The notes: a model not told the origin generated them from the letters alone. A stretch of 32,000 nucleotides of DNA from Alkanindiges sp. WGS2144 (GCF_043950625.1 NZ_CP171007.1), one strand, 5' to 3'; shown: positions 1 to 9,625, numbered from the stretch's first letter. Numbers and translations are program-made.

Positions 1-320
1 GCAATTTCAAATTTTATGGGCGTGCCGTTAATTTCAATGAAAGTTCGAATACCATAACGATCCGTGCGAACTTCACGTAATAATTTAATGGGTTGTTTAA
101 ATAATGCGCCCAGCGTATTGGGTGAAACTGTGTTGCGTAATAGGCGGCAGCCATGCTTTGAAGCGCATAAAAAATCAATATCAACCGACTCTCTGTATTC
201 CTCAAGCAGCAGCGTAATTGCTGTACCCCCTGCGAAATAACATTCAGCTTCCTGCAATAACTCTGAATTAAGCAAGTTTAATGCCTGACTAATATGCTGA
301 TGGTGCAGCCGCTTAAACAT
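1..320 (-). CDS. AbiEii/DUF1814-family nucleotidyltransferase (type IV TA toxin-like); N-terminal 106 codons only, 3' end off-window
   Basis: My own minus-strand translation from ATG 320..318 reads MFKRLHHQHISQALNLLNSELLQEAECYFAGGTAITLLLEEYRESVDIDFLCASKHGCRLLRNTVSPNTLGALFKQPIKLLREVRTDRYGIRTFIEINGTPIKFEI and stays open to position 1. It carries the GGTA..x..S-V-D-I-D-F nucleotidyltransferase signature typical of DUF1814/AbiEii. Two in-frame TGA stops lie directly upstream of the ATG, and GGAG sits 6 nt upstream. The frame is not in the supplied track; the listed 14..205 ORF is a different frame. Confidence 0.6.
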   Translation of the reverse strand, partial: MFKRLHHQHISQALNLLNSELLQEAECYFAGGTAITLLLEEYRESVDIDFLCASKHGCRLLRNTVSPNTLGALFKQPIKLLREVRTDRYGIRTFIEINGTPIKFEI

Positions 321-528
321 TCATCACTCCGTGACCAAATTTATTGCTCAGCTCGGTAATTAGTTGTCGTTCATGCGGCTTTAACGTTGCCTCGTCAATA
401 TAGCGCCAGTTACGCTCATAAAGCGCAAATGCCTCCTCTTCCACAATAGCATCACATCCCTGACAGTGCCATGCAATGAGCTTGAGTTGGGGATAGTCTT
501 GTAAAACAACTATATTTGCTATAGTCAT
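313..528 (-). CDS. Small (71 aa) unclassified protein, putative cognate antitoxin/partner of the downstream nucleotidyltransferase
   Basis: ATG at 528 with GGGAGA 8-9 nt upstream. Its stop overlaps the toxin start by 8 nt (..GGAGTGATGAATGTTTAA), which suggests translational coupling. I recognise no family. It contains a single HCQGC (CxxC) motif. Confidence 0.4.
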   Translation of the reverse strand: MTIANIVVLQDYPQLKLIAWHCQGCDAIVEEEAFALYERNWRYIDEATLKPHERQLITELSNKFGHGVMNV

Positions 529-620
529 GCCCAGTCTCCCTGAGAAAACGGAACCTCATACTATATTATCATAACATGTTGGCTGATACAGTGGCGTGTA
601 CCCATCAGGCAAGCAGGCCA

Positions 621-1904
621 TCAAAAAATCCGATTGTCATCCCGCGTGCGCTGCGGAACTTTGGCCAGTTGTACCAGCATGGCCATGACAATGTCCTTAT
701 AGTGCTGGGCTGCACTGTCTTTTGCAACCACGCTTGGCTGCCCCTGATCGGCATTTTGGCGAATACTCGTACTTAAGGGCAATCTGCCCAGTAGTGGCAC
801 CTGATAGGTTGTGCTGAGCTTATCGCCCCCCCCTGCCCCAAAAATCTGGTCTTCATGACCGCAGCTGGAGCATATATGGGTAGACATATTTTCTACCACA
901 CCCAGCACTGGAATATTCACCTTATTGAACATTTCAATGCCCTTTTGTGCGTCCATTAGCGCAATATGCTGCGGTGTGGTCACAATAATCGCCCCAGTAA
1001 CCGGGATGCGCTGCGCCATGGTGAGCTGGATATCACCAGTTCCCGGCGGCATGTCAATTAGCAGGTAGTCCAGATCCGGCCAGGCAGTCTGGCTAAACAG
1101 CTGCATCAGTGCGCCGGTTGCTTTTGGCCCACGCCATACGACTGGCGTATTATCATCGCCAAGCAGATTGCCAATGGACAGCACGGCCATATCAAAGGCC
1201 TCCAGCGGAATAAACTGCTCATTTTCAATAAGTGGGGTTTTTCCTGCGGTACCCAGCATGGTAGGGATACTGGGGCCATAAATATCCGCATCCAGCACAC
1301 CAACACGTGCGCCAGTTTGCTGCAATGCCAGTGCCAGATTAACAGTCGTGGTCGATTTACCCACGCCACCCTTGCCGGATGACACCACAATGACATGTTT
1401 AATGTGCGGATGGGCTTTAAGCTGACTTTGCACGGGAGGCGCTGGCCGCCTGGAAGTGAGTTCAGCCTCTCGTTGTACTGCACTGGAAACGGGTGGTTCT
1501 GGTGGTGTAGATTGTGGTAGAGCGTTCTCACCCGCATTGATCACTGGCGGCAGGTTATTTTGCTGTTGTTGGCTCAAGGCCAGCTTGTTCCCGCTGACCT
1601 TTTGCTCTACCAGATGTAAATTAAGCTCTTTGATGCCGTACTGTTGTAATTCATCAACCAGCTCATCATGCAGCTGATGCAAGTCACTTTCACATGCGGT
1701 ACTGTCATATCCTACAGGCAATTTCAGCGTTAAGGACAGGATGTCATTTTGCTGCTGGTGCTGAGTAATCAGCTCAGCGATGCTGGTCTGAGTCCCTGGC
1801 AGGATATGCCTGGTAAAAACTTGATCTATCTGGGCGGCGTCAGGCGCTGAATCAAATTTGGCAAATGGCGCAAATTCCATTTTTTTGGACTTAAACCATG
1901 ACAT
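621..1904 (-). CDS. apbC: Fe-S cluster carrier ATPase ApbC/Mrp
   Basis: P-loop VVSSGKGGVGKST, DADIYGPS, DMPPGTGD, and the C-terminal CSSCGH CxxC. I moved the start to ATG 1904 (MSWFKSKK, GGAG 9 nt upstream), because the track ORF to 2030 would overlap the metG start. The gene is divergent from metG, as in E. coli. Confidence 0.9.
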   Translation of the reverse strand: MSWFKSKKMEFAPFAKFDSAPDAAQIDQVFTRHILPGTQTSIAELITQHQQQNDILSLTLKLPVGYDSTACESDLHQLHDELVDELQQYGIKELNLHLVEQKVSGNKLALSQQQQNNLPPVINAGENALPQSTPPEPPVSSAVQREAELTSRRPAPPVQSQLKAHPHIKHVIVVSSGKGGVGKSTTTVNLALALQQTGARVGVLDADIYGPSIPTMLGTAGKTPLIENEQFIPLEAFDMAVLSIGNLLGDDNTPVVWRGPKATGALMQLFSQTAWPDLDYLLIDMPPGTGDIQLTMAQRIPVTGAIIVTTPQHIALMDAQKGIEMFNKVNIPVLGVVENMSTHICSSCGHEDQIFGAGGGDKLSTTYQVPLLGRLPLSTSIRQNADQGQPSVVAKDSAAQHYKDIVMAMLVQLAKVPQRTRDDNRIF

Positions 1905-1998
1905 AACAGTGACTCCAATAAGACAACAGCGGGCAATTTTAGCAATGAAGCATGCTATATTAACGGGTATTGCAAGATTACCAAGAGAGTAAACGTCC

Positions 1999-4068
1999 GT
2001 GCCATACCCTGTACGTCGCATTTTAGTCACTAACGCACTTCCCTATGCCAATGGCCCCATTCATTTGGGTCATTTATTAGGCTACATTCAGGCGGATATC
2101 TGGGTACGAGCCATGCGTTCCATGGGTCATCAGGTGACGTATGTGTGTGCAGACGATGCGCATGGTACAGCCATTATGCTCAAAGCCGAGGCTAATGGCA
2201 TTACACCGGAGCAGCAGATTGCCCATGTACAGCGCGAGCATGAACGTGATTTTATGGGTTTTGGGGTGAGTTTTGATCATTATCACTCAACCCATAGTGA
2301 AGAAAACCGTCTGCGTTCACAGGATATTTATCTAAAAAATCGTGATGCCGGACATATTGCTACCCGTCCGGTCAAGCAGCTATTTGACCCTTCAAGGGGT
2401 TTGTTTCTGGCCGATCGTTTTATTAAGGGACAGTGTCCTAAATGCGATGCGACCGATCAGTATGGTGACTCCTGTGAGATATGCGGCACGACTTATAATG
2501 CCACAGAACTCAAAAACCCCTACTCGACATTAAGTGGTGCCACGCCGGTTTTAAAGGAATCCGAGCATTACTTTTTTAAACTTCCCGACTTTGAAAGTTA
2601 CCTAAAAGACTGGACGCGCTCCCCCAAGCGTTTACCAGTGAGTATTGCCAACAAGCTGGATGAGTGGTTTGAAGCTGGTCTAAACGACTGGGATATTTCA
2701 CGTGATGCGCCATATTTTGGTTTTGAAATTCCCGATGCGCCAGGCAAGTATTTTTATGTCTGGGTAGATGCGCCCATTGGTTATATGTCCAGCTTTGAGC
2801 ATTATGCAAAACAACATGGCATCAGTTTTGATGAATACTGGAACAAAGACAGCCAGACCGAGCTGTATCACTTTATTGGCAAGGATATTGTGTACTTCCA
2901 TGCCCTGTTTTGGCCAGCCATGCTGGAAGGTGCGGGCTATCGTACACCTACCGGTATTTTTGTAAATGGCTTTTTAACCGTAAATGGCCAAAAGATGAGT
3001 AAGTCCCGCGGTACCTTTATTAAGGCGGAGACTTATCTTGAACATTTGAATCCGGAATACCTGCGTTATTATTTTGCCAGCAAACTGTCCGATCGGGTCG
3101 AGGATAGTGACCTGAATCTGGATGATTTTATTTTAAAGGTGAATAGTGATCTGGTGGGTAAAGTGGTGAATATTGCCAGTCGCTGTGCCAAGTTCATTAA
3201 CACAAAGTTCAATAATAAACTCTCTGCCCTGTGCAGTGAGCCTGAGCTGGTGCAAAGCTTTATTGATGCGGGTGAAGATATTGCCAAGGCATATGAAGCC
3301 CGTGAATTTAGTACCGCTATCCGGGATATTATGCAACTGGCTGATAGAGCCAACCAGTATATTGACGAGAAAAAACCCTGGGCTATGGCCAAGATTGACG
3401 GCATGGACAATGTGGTACAGGATGTTTGTTCTGTTGGCTTGAACCTGTTCCGCCAGTTGATCATCTATCTGGCGCCGGTATTGCCACAACTCAGCCAGCA
3501 GGCGCAGTTATTTTTTAATCTGGATAGCATAGACTTTGCCTCACGGCACAACATTTTGCTGGACTGGGAAGTACAGACTTTCCAGCCGCTCATGCAGCGA
3601 GTGGACAAAGCTAAGGTAGAAGCGATGGTTGAAGCATCCAAGGAATCATTAACCACTACTGTACCTGCGCAAGCTGCACCCGCCAGTAAAACTGCCACAA
3701 AACCTGCTGCCAAAACTGAAAATTCGTCTGCAAATCAGGCTGACATTATTGAAATTGATGATTTCTTAAAAGTTGATTTACGGGTGGCGGTGATTCTGGA
3801 TGCGCTAAACGTAGAAGGTTCTGACAAATTACTGCAACTTACCTTGGATGTGGGCGAACCAGAGCCACGCACCGTGTTTAGCGGTATCCGTGGCACTTAT
3901 GAAGTGACCAGCCTTATTGGTCGTCAAACCGTGGTAGTGGCTAACTTAAAACCACGTAAAATGCGTTTTGGTACCTCAAGTGGTATGGTTTTGGCAGCCG
4001 GGAATGACAAAGGGATTTTCCTGCTTTCACCGGATAGCGGTGCCAAAGCAGGCGATAAAGTCAGTTAA
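1999..4068 (+). CDS. metG: Methionyl-tRNA synthetase with C-terminal tRNA-binding (Trbp111/EMAPII-like) domain
   Basis: Class I motifs [10 protein letters not shown] (HIGH) and KMSKSRG (KMSKS), plus the zinc knuckle CPKC..CEIC. C-terminal segment [34 protein letters not shown] start at 1999. Confidence 0.95.
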   Translation: MPYPVRRILVTNALPYANGPIHLGHLLGYIQADIWVRAMRSMGHQVTYVCADDAHGTAIMLKAEANGITPEQQIAHVQREHERDFMGFGVSFDHYHSTHSEENRLRSQDIYLKNRDAGHIATRPVKQLFDPSRGLFLADRFIKGQCPKCDATDQYGDSCEICGTTYNATELKNPYSTLSGATPVLKESEHYFFKLPDFESYLKDWTRSPKRLPVSIANKLDEWFEAGLNDWDISRDAPYFGFEIPDAPGKYFYVWVDAPIGYMSSFEHYAKQHGISFDEYWNKDSQTELYHFIGKDIVYFHALFWPAMLEGAGYRTPTGIFVNGFLTVNGQKMSKSRGTFIKAETYLEHLNPEYLRYYFASKLSDRVEDSDLNLDDFILKVNSDLVGKVVNIASRCAKFINTKFNNKLSALCSEPELVQSFIDAGEDIAKAYEAREFSTAIRDIMQLADRANQYIDEKKPWAMAKIDGMDNVVQDVCSVGLNLFRQLIIYLAPVLPQLSQQAQLFFNLDSIDFASRHNILLDWEVQTFQPLMQRVDKAKVEAMVEASKESLTTTVPAQAAPASKTATKPAAKTENSSANQADIIEIDDFLKVDLRVAVILDALNVEGSDKLLQLTLDVGEPEPRTVFSGIRGTYEVTSLIGRQTVVVANLKPRKMRFGTSSGMVLAAGNDKGIFLLSPDSGAKAGDKVS

Positions 4069-4130
4069 GCGCAATAGTATTCAGGTCATCTAGATGATGG
4101 CCTGTTGTCTTTATCTTACGGAGGCCAGGC

Positions 4131-4778
4131 ATGACACAACATGCTCCTATTCAGCTGTTTTATTTCCCTACCCCTAATGGGCATAAGATCAGCATTGCGC
4201 TGGAAGAAATGAACCTGCCTTATGAGATTAAACTCATCGATATTGGCAGGGGTGATCAGTTTAAGCCGGAATTCCTGGCGATTTCTCCCAATAATCGTAT
4301 GCCAGCTATTGTTGATCCAAACGGCCCCAATGGCCAATCTGTTTCAGTATTTGAATCCGGTGCCATTTTGCAATATTTAGGTCGTAAAACTGGTCAGTTT
4401 TACCCCACTGATGAGTGCCAGCGTATAGAAGTAGAACAATGGCTGATGTGGCAAATGGGCGGCTTTGGACCAATGCTGGGGCAAAATCATCATTTTAACC
4501 GTTTTGCACCAGAAAAAATCCCCTATGCCATTAACCGTTATGTAGAAGAAAGCAAGCGCTTGTATGGCGTGCTCAATAAACGGCTGGCTGACCGTGATTA
4601 TGTCGCAGGCGATTACTCCATTGCCGATATGGCAATCATTGGCTGGGCCTTAAGCTGGGAATGGCAGGGTATCAGTATTGCTGAGTATCCCCATGTGAAT
4701 GAGTGGATGGAACGCCTCAAAGCTCGCCCAGCGGTACAGCAGGCACTGGCAATCAAAGATCGCTTTTTACTGGCATAG
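4131..4778 (+). CDS. yfcG: Glutathione S-transferase, YfcG-like (Nu class disulfide-bond oxidoreductase)
   Basis: Near-colinear with my recollection of E. coli YfcG: PTPNGHKI, FxPEFLxISPNNxxPAIVD, FESGAILxYL, GPMLGQNHHFN, IPYAIxRY. ACGGAGG Shine-Dalgarno sequence upstream. Confidence 0.8.
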   Translation: MTQHAPIQLFYFPTPNGHKISIALEEMNLPYEIKLIDIGRGDQFKPEFLAISPNNRMPAIVDPNGPNGQSVSVFESGAILQYLGRKTGQFYPTDECQRIEVEQWLMWQMGGFGPMLGQNHHFNRFAPEKIPYAINRYVEESKRLYGVLNKRLADRDYVAGDYSIADMAIIGWALSWEWQGISIAEYPHVNEWMERLKARPAVQQALAIKDRFLLA

Positions 4779-4795
4779 CGCCACTTTAAGGCAGT

Positions 4796-4833
4796 AAAAA
4801 AAGCTTCCGCCACATCAATAGGGAAGCTTTTTT
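4796..4833. terminator. Bidirectional rho-independent terminator between yfcG-like (+) and BaxI-like (-) genes
   Basis: AAAAAAGCTTCC - 13-nt loop - GGAAGCTTTTTT. The stem AGCTTCC/GGAAGCT is flanked by an A-run and a T-run. Confidence 0.75.
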
Positions 4834-4846
4834 AATTCTGTTTTTC

Positions 4847-5584
4847 TTATTCAGAGCGGATAATACCTAACAGGCGCAGGAAGGAAATATACATCCACAC
4901 CAGTGTAGCCAGCAGGGCAATACCACAGAACCATTCCATATACTTGGGTGCGTGCAGTTCGGCAGAGCGCTCAACCAGATCAAAATCCAGAATAAGGTTA
5001 AGCGAGGCAATAATGGCCACAAAAGCCGCAAAACCCAGACCGACAATGCCATTACCAAATAAAAATGGAATGCTATTGCCAAAAGCCAGCACCATGACCC
5101 ACTGCACCACATACAAAATTAAAATGGCCAGCGTGGCAGACATCACCACTGCTTTAAACTTGTCAGTGGCCTGAATAACTCTTGCCTTATATAAGCCCAG
5201 CAGGCCAAACGTGGTTACAAAAGTTGCCGCCACTGCCGTTAGTGGTAGACCGGGGTACATATACTCATAGGCAGCTGAGATTCCACCCAGAAATAGACCT
5301 TCCAGTACCGCATAAGGTATCGCCAGATTGGTGCTGGTATGCGGCTTAAACGCAGCAATCAGAGCCAGCACCAGTCCACCTACTGCACCAACAATGGCAC
5401 CCAGCATGGCTGGGCTATTCATTGCACCCAGATTTAAACAGTAAAAATAAAACACCAGTGCAACCGCAGTGGCTACCCCAGTCATCAGCAGGGTCTTATT
5501 GACTGCACCAGTAACCGTCATTGGCTCGCTATAGGTGGTATCAAACTCAACCTTTTTAAACATCGGGTTGTTGCTTTGCATCAT
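4847..5584 (-). CDS. Bax inhibitor-1-like / YccA-type polytopic membrane protein
   Basis: About 7 hydrophobic helices follow an N-terminal SNPMF segment, resembling the 'Bax inhibitor 1 like' family. The track start at 5593 is TTG; I prefer ATG 5584 (MMQSNNPMF) with GAGAAAG upstream. Confidence 0.65.
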   Translation of the reverse strand: MMQSNNPMFKKVEFDTTYSEPMTVTGAVNKTLLMTGVATAVALVFYFYCLNLGAMNSPAMLGAIVGAVGGLVLALIAAFKPHTSTNLAIPYAVLEGLFLGGISAAYEYMYPGLPLTAVAATFVTTFGLLGLYKARVIQATDKFKAVVMSATLAILILYVVQWVMVLAFGNSIPFLFGNGIVGLGFAAFVAIIASLNLILDFDLVERSAELHAPKYMEWFCGIALLATLVWMYISFLRLLGIIRSE

Positions 5585-5637
5585 CTTTCTCAATTATTAA
5601 CAGTGAGTCACTTCTGCCAATTTACAATAAATAATGT

Positions 5638-6801
5638 CTAAGTCATAGGCACACTTGTATTTAAAATTGAAACCACCTGATTACGTCCCTGATCTTTGGC
5701 CTGATATAAGTATCTGTCAGCCTGCCGTATAATTTTTTCAGTCTGATAACCGCACTGCTGACTACAGCTTACGCCAAAACTGGCTGTAATTTGCAGGCGC
5801 TGATCCTGCTCATCGCTAATATAAACCTCACTGATTGCAACCCGGCAGCGCTCTGCAATTGTAACCGCCTGCTTTAGCTCGGTTTGATTCAGCACGATCA
5901 AAAACTCCTCACCCCCATAGCGCCCGACCTGATCGTCCTTACGCAAGGTGCTTTGCAGGGTAGCAGACACTGCCTGTAGTGCCTTGTCCCCTATCAGGTG
6001 ACCATGAATATCATTAATTTTCTTAAAAAGATCAATGTCCAGTAAAATTACCGAAACTGGAGAAAGCGGGCCGGTGTTTTGAGTCAATGACACCTGTAGC
6101 AAATTATTAATAGCCCGACGGTTAAGAAGGCCAGTCAGGTCATCAGTAATACTGATTTTGTGGATTTCACGTTCACGTTGCCGCCAGCGGATAAGGCATA
6201 AGTCACAAAAGCCAAAAATAAGGATAAAATGTGGCAGGGCAAAATAAACCATACACATCAGGTAAAAAGGCCGCGCTTCCTGATGATAATAAAATTCAGG
6301 CTTAAATAATGGGCCGTAAGCCAAATGACCATAAGAGCTTAGTACCGATAAGGCAAGGATCAGTACAGTAGCAAATCCAAAGGCAGCATAAATAATACGA
6401 CGTCGAAATAATACAAAACCAAATAGCGGTGCACCAGCCATCACCAAACCGGTAGTCATATTGAACAAGCCGATTAAATAGCCCAATACCACCAGTACCG
6501 TGGCGTAATAAAAAGTAGCTATATAAGGAAAAACTTTCTGCGCCCAGCTTCGACTTTCAATTCGCTTTCCCAACAAAATCAGGGCAAATGTCGCAAAGAA
6601 CAGAAAGGGTACTCCCCATCTCAGCGAGATAAAGTTCTCATAGTTAATATAAATGCTGGGGAAAAAAGTCTGATAAAGCTGAAAACTCCAGTAATACGTC
6701 ACAATGACGGTCAACATTCCCAGAATTAATATGGATTTACGCACCGGACTCCAATCCAGTACGTCATCAAAATGTCTTACTATTTTACGGTCAAATATCA
6801 T
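5638..6801 (-). CDS. Membrane-bound diguanylate cyclase (polytopic N-terminal domain + GGDEF)
   Basis: C-terminal GGDEF domain: DxLTGLLNRR, active site GGEEF, and an intact I-site RKDD exactly 5 residues upstream (RKDDQVGRYGGEEF). About 6-7 predicted N-terminal TM helices. I prefer the start at ATG 6801 (MIFDRK, GAGGG 7 nt upstream); the ORF is open to 6888. Confidence 0.85.
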   Translation of the reverse strand: MIFDRKIVRHFDDVLDWSPVRKSILILGMLTVIVTYYWSFQLYQTFFPSIYINYENFISLRWGVPFLFFATFALILLGKRIESRSWAQKVFPYIATFYYATVLVVLGYLIGLFNMTTGLVMAGAPLFGFVLFRRRIIYAAFGFATVLILALSVLSSYGHLAYGPLFKPEFYYHQEARPFYLMCMVYFALPHFILIFGFCDLCLIRWRQREREIHKISITDDLTGLLNRRAINNLLQVSLTQNTGPLSPVSVILLDIDLFKKINDIHGHLIGDKALQAVSATLQSTLRKDDQVGRYGGEEFLIVLNQTELKQAVTIAERCRVAISEVYISDEQDQRLQITASFGVSCSQQCGYQTEKIIRQADRYLYQAKDQGRNQVVSILNTSVPMT

Positions 6802-6996
6802 GTTACTGCCCTCTTCCATGGGACAACAATTGATAACAAGCTTTAGCAACCCAAAAAGCTTGCTGCTACTTCCATGTAGCTTTGACAATAACTCGTGATT
6901 TTAATTTTGTCTACCAAATCATGGTTATAACGACAAAATGTGATAAAACCCAGATAACTTATAAAATTAGGCAATTATTCTGTCAATTTTTGTGAC

Positions 6997-7545
6997 TCAG
7001 CTCACACGAAAGAAATACTCACGATAGTATCTAAGCTCACGAATAGAATCGCGGATATCATCCAGTGCTAAATGAGTCGCCTGCTTTTTTAAGCCAGCCA
7101 TAATTTCCGGGCGCCAGCGGCGTGCCAGCTCCTTCACTGACGATACATCCAGATTGCGGTAATGGAAATACTGCTCAAGCTCAGGCATTTCCCGGTGCAT
7201 AAAGCGGCGATCCTGACAAATGGAGTTTCCGCACATGGGCGATTTTTTGGGATCAATCCATTTTTTTAAAAAGGCGATGGTTTGTAGTTCTGCATCACGG
7301 GCACTCAGCGTACTGCGACGCACCCGCTCGGTTAGACCGGATTGACCGTGCTGGCGAGTGTTCCATTCATCCATAGCATTAAGTACCTGATCACTCTGAT
7401 GCACTGTGAGCACCGGCCCTTCTGCCAGAATATTTAAATGCTCATCAGTAACAATGGTAGCAATTTCAATTATATGATCACGGTCAGTATCTAGCCCGGT
7501 CATTTCCAAATCAATCCATATCAAACGCTGATCACTGCTACTCAT
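6997..7545 (-). CDS. orn: Oligoribonuclease
   Basis: DEDDh exonuclease motifs [10 protein letters not shown] and [11 protein letters not shown], colinear with E. coli Orn. The track start at 7560 is TTG; ATG 7545 ([18 protein letters not shown]) fits the family N-terminus. Confidence 0.9.
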   Translation of the reverse strand: MSSSDQRLIWIDLEMTGLDTDRDHIIEIATIVTDEHLNILAEGPVLTVHQSDQVLNAMDEWNTRQHGQSGLTERVRRSTLSARDAELQTIAFLKKWIDPKKSPMCGNSICQDRRFMHREMPELEQYFHYRNLDVSSVKELARRWRPEIMAGLKKQATHLALDDIRDSIRELRYYREYFFRVS

Positions 7546-7753
7546 CGTACTAAAATCCAAAACTTTCTTCGATAAAATGCTTATACTAGCAAACTCCTGA
7601 ATAAATACTGTAGCCAGTGCAGCGTTTTTTCAGCAGATGTTTATTTCACTGGTTATTGCACCTGTTTTCAAACGTAATATTCACCACAAAGACCTTATGT
7701 AGGCAGGTATTTTATTCAAGGATACTTATGGCCACAGCCCTTATTGAGAAATC

Positions 7754-8806
7754 ATGGCATTTATTCGTAAACGTCGCCTGACTGAACAGCAAACACGGCG
7801 TATGCAGGCACAGCAAGCCCGCCGTCAGCAGGATATTGATGACACTGCGCAACTTGAAGGACTGATTGTGGCGCATTATGGCCGTCAGCTGGAAGTACAA
7901 GCATTGACAGCGCCTGAACAGCAAATCGCTCCAGTTACTATAGAAGGTGAACCAGCGCCGTTTTGGCGACCTGTTGTGGTTGGTGACATCTGGCGCTGCC
8001 ACACGCGTACCAACCTGGAATTGCTGGTGACCGGTGACCAGGTACGCTGGCAGGCTGATAGCAATACCGGACTTGGCGTGATTAACGCCATGCATCCGCG
8101 CTCCTCCTTGCTGACCCGCCCAGATCGTTACCATAAAGTCAAACCGGTTGCAGCCAATGTCAGCCTGATTGTGATTGTTTTTGCGCCTTTGCCAGCTCCT
8201 TCACCCTTATTGATTGACCGCTATCTGGTGGCCTGCGAGCAGGCAAATATCAAGCCTTTGCTGGTGCTCAACAAGGCAGACTTACTCAGGGATAATGATC
8301 CCCTGTATCAATTGCTAAATGAATATCAAGCTCTGGGATACGATACCCTGATTACCAGCAAGACCACGGGGCTGGATCAGTTAAAACAACAGCTGGCCGG
8401 TCAGACTGTGGTGTTTGTAGGTCAGTCGGGCGTTGGTAAAAGCTCTCTCATTAATATTCTGGCACCAGATGCCCTGCAAAAAACCAAGGAAATTTCAGAA
8501 AATTCTGCGCTTGGCCAGCATACCACCACCACCACACGACTCATTCCGCTGCCTGATGGTGGCGCATTGATTGACTCACCCGGTATTCGTGAGTTTGGCG
8601 TGTGGCATCTGGATATAGATGCCATTCGGACAGGTTTTATAGAGATGCAGGACTATTATGGATACTGCAAATTTAGAAACTGTACTCATCGGCAGGAACC
8701 TGGCTGTGCACTGATTGAGGCCTGTCAACAAGGTAAAATTCTGGAGCGCCGTTTAAAAAGCCTGAATCGGCTGGAAAGCGAAACCCAAAACACAGGAAAT
8801 GTATAA
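7754..8806 (+). CDS. rsgA: Ribosome small-subunit biogenesis GTPase RsgA (YjeQ)
   Basis: Circularly permuted GTPase: NKADL (G4) precedes GQSGVGKSS (G1), followed by DSPG. C-terminal zinc finger CKFRNCTHRQEPGC and a basic N-terminal tail. Divergent from orn, as in E. coli. Confidence 0.9.
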   Translation: MAFIRKRRLTEQQTRRMQAQQARRQQDIDDTAQLEGLIVAHYGRQLEVQALTAPEQQIAPVTIEGEPAPFWRPVVVGDIWRCHTRTNLELLVTGDQVRWQADSNTGLGVINAMHPRSSLLTRPDRYHKVKPVAANVSLIVIVFAPLPAPSPLLIDRYLVACEQANIKPLLVLNKADLLRDNDPLYQLLNEYQALGYDTLITSKTTGLDQLKQQLAGQTVVFVGQSGVGKSSLINILAPDALQKTKEISENSALGQHTTTTTRLIPLPDGGALIDSPGIREFGVWHLDIDAIRTGFIEMQDYYGYCKFRNCTHRQEPGCALIEACQQGKILERRLKSLNRLESETQNTGNV

Positions 8807-8857
8807 AACCCTGCAAAAACTGCTGCGTTTCTCGCTATACTGTAGGCAATTTTATAA

Positions 8858-9280
8858 GTGTTTAGGTGTCACGTGGATCGCTGGCTAGAGTTTATGCAAA
8901 ATCACCCCTTTTTGTTTGGTACGCTTGGGGTGTTGATTGTTTTGTTTTTTATCCTTGAAAACCGTCGAAGTGGCCACAAGATATCTCCTCAGTCACTTGG
9001 TGTTTTAATCCAGCGCGAAAACGCTCTGCTAATTGACTTGCGTGATGCCAAGGACTTTAAGGCCGGTCACATCAGTGGTAGCCGTAATATTCCGTATAGC
9101 CAGCTCAAAAGCCATGTTGAAGAGCTGCGCATGAGTGACCGCCCCATTGTCATGATTTGCAATCTGGGACAGGTGGCAGGCACCGCAGTACAAATGGTTG
9201 CCAACAATAAGTGCTACCGGCTGGAAGGCGGCATTAGCAACTGGAAAGCACAAGGTCTGCCGCTGGTTAAATCACGCTAG
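8858..9280 (+). CDS. yibN: Membrane-anchored single-domain rhodanese (YibN-like)
   Basis: N-terminal TM helix (FLFGTLGVLIVLFFIL) plus a rhodanese fold (LIDLRD..FKAGHISGSRNIP, ICNLGQ loop). The yibN-grxC-secB order matches E. coli. The start is uncertain: GTG 8858, GTG 8873 or ATG 8894. Confidence 0.7.
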   Translation: MFRCHVDRWLEFMQNHPFLFGTLGVLIVLFFILENRRSGHKISPQSLGVLIQRENALLIDLRDAKDFKAGHISGSRNIPYSQLKSHVEELRMSDRPIVMICNLGQVAGTAVQMVANNKCYRLEGGISNWKAQGLPLVKSR

Positions 9281-9310
9281 ACAGCTGTTATTATCAAGAG
9301 GAGTACGAGG

Positions 9311-9577
9311 ATGAGTGCCAACGTTATTATTTATACCACTACCGTTTGTCCTTACTGTGTTCGCGCCAAACAGTTATTGCAACGCAAGAATATTGCCTAT
9401 CAGGAAGTAAACCTGAACGAAGAACCCAGCGAAGTACGAACTGACTTGATGGCACGCACAAAGCATCGTACAGTACCCCAGATTTTTATTAATGATCAGT
9501 TTATTGGTGGTTTTGACCAGCTTTATGCCCTGGATCGTCAAGGTAAGCTGGACGAAATGCTTGCCGGTAATTCCTGA
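9311..9577 (+). CDS. grxC: Glutaredoxin 3
   Basis: CPYC active site (TTVCPYCVRAK), TVPQIFI, GGFDQL. GAGGAG Shine-Dalgarno sequence upstream. Confidence 0.9.
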   Translation: MSANVIIYTTTVCPYCVRAKQLLQRKNIAYQEVNLNEEPSEVRTDLMARTKHRTVPQIFINDQFIGGFDQLYALDRQGKLDEMLAGNS

Positions 9578-9625
9578 TTTTTTAACAAAATCACTTTTTA
9601 ACTTATAACTGTTAAGGACGTTTTT

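Noticed and set aside
14-205. Track ORF of 63 aa on the minus strand at the left edge.
   Set aside because: It is a shadow frame of the AbiEii-like CDS. The frame starting at ATG 320 gives a recognisable nucleotidyltransferase motif, and this one gives nothing recognisable.
576-776. 66-aa plus-strand ORF overlapping the 3' end of apbC.
   Set aside because: It is antisense to a well-supported gene, has no Shine-Dalgarno sequence and resembles no family.
1905-2030. N-terminal extension of the apbC ORF (track start 2030); likewise the 17498, 6888, 7560, 5593, 11627 and 23302 track starts.
   Set aside because: The extensions start at non-ATG codons or overlap divergent genes and promoters, and they add non-homologous residues. 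Internal ATGs with better Shine-Dalgarno sequences match the family N-termini.
4083-4103. Perfect 12-bp palindrome TCATCTAGATGA (4086..4097) after metG, as a possible terminator or operator.
   Set aside because: The stem is short and AT-rich, the flanks pair poorly and the downstream T-tract is weak. That is insufficient for a confident call.
7728-7781. 17-codon uORF (MATALIEKSWHLFVNVA) with an AAGGA Shine-Dalgarno sequence, overlapping the rsgA start.
   Set aside because: It is short and I cannot check its conservation. The rsgA start at 7754 is well supported by homology. This could be chance, so I do not report it as a feature.
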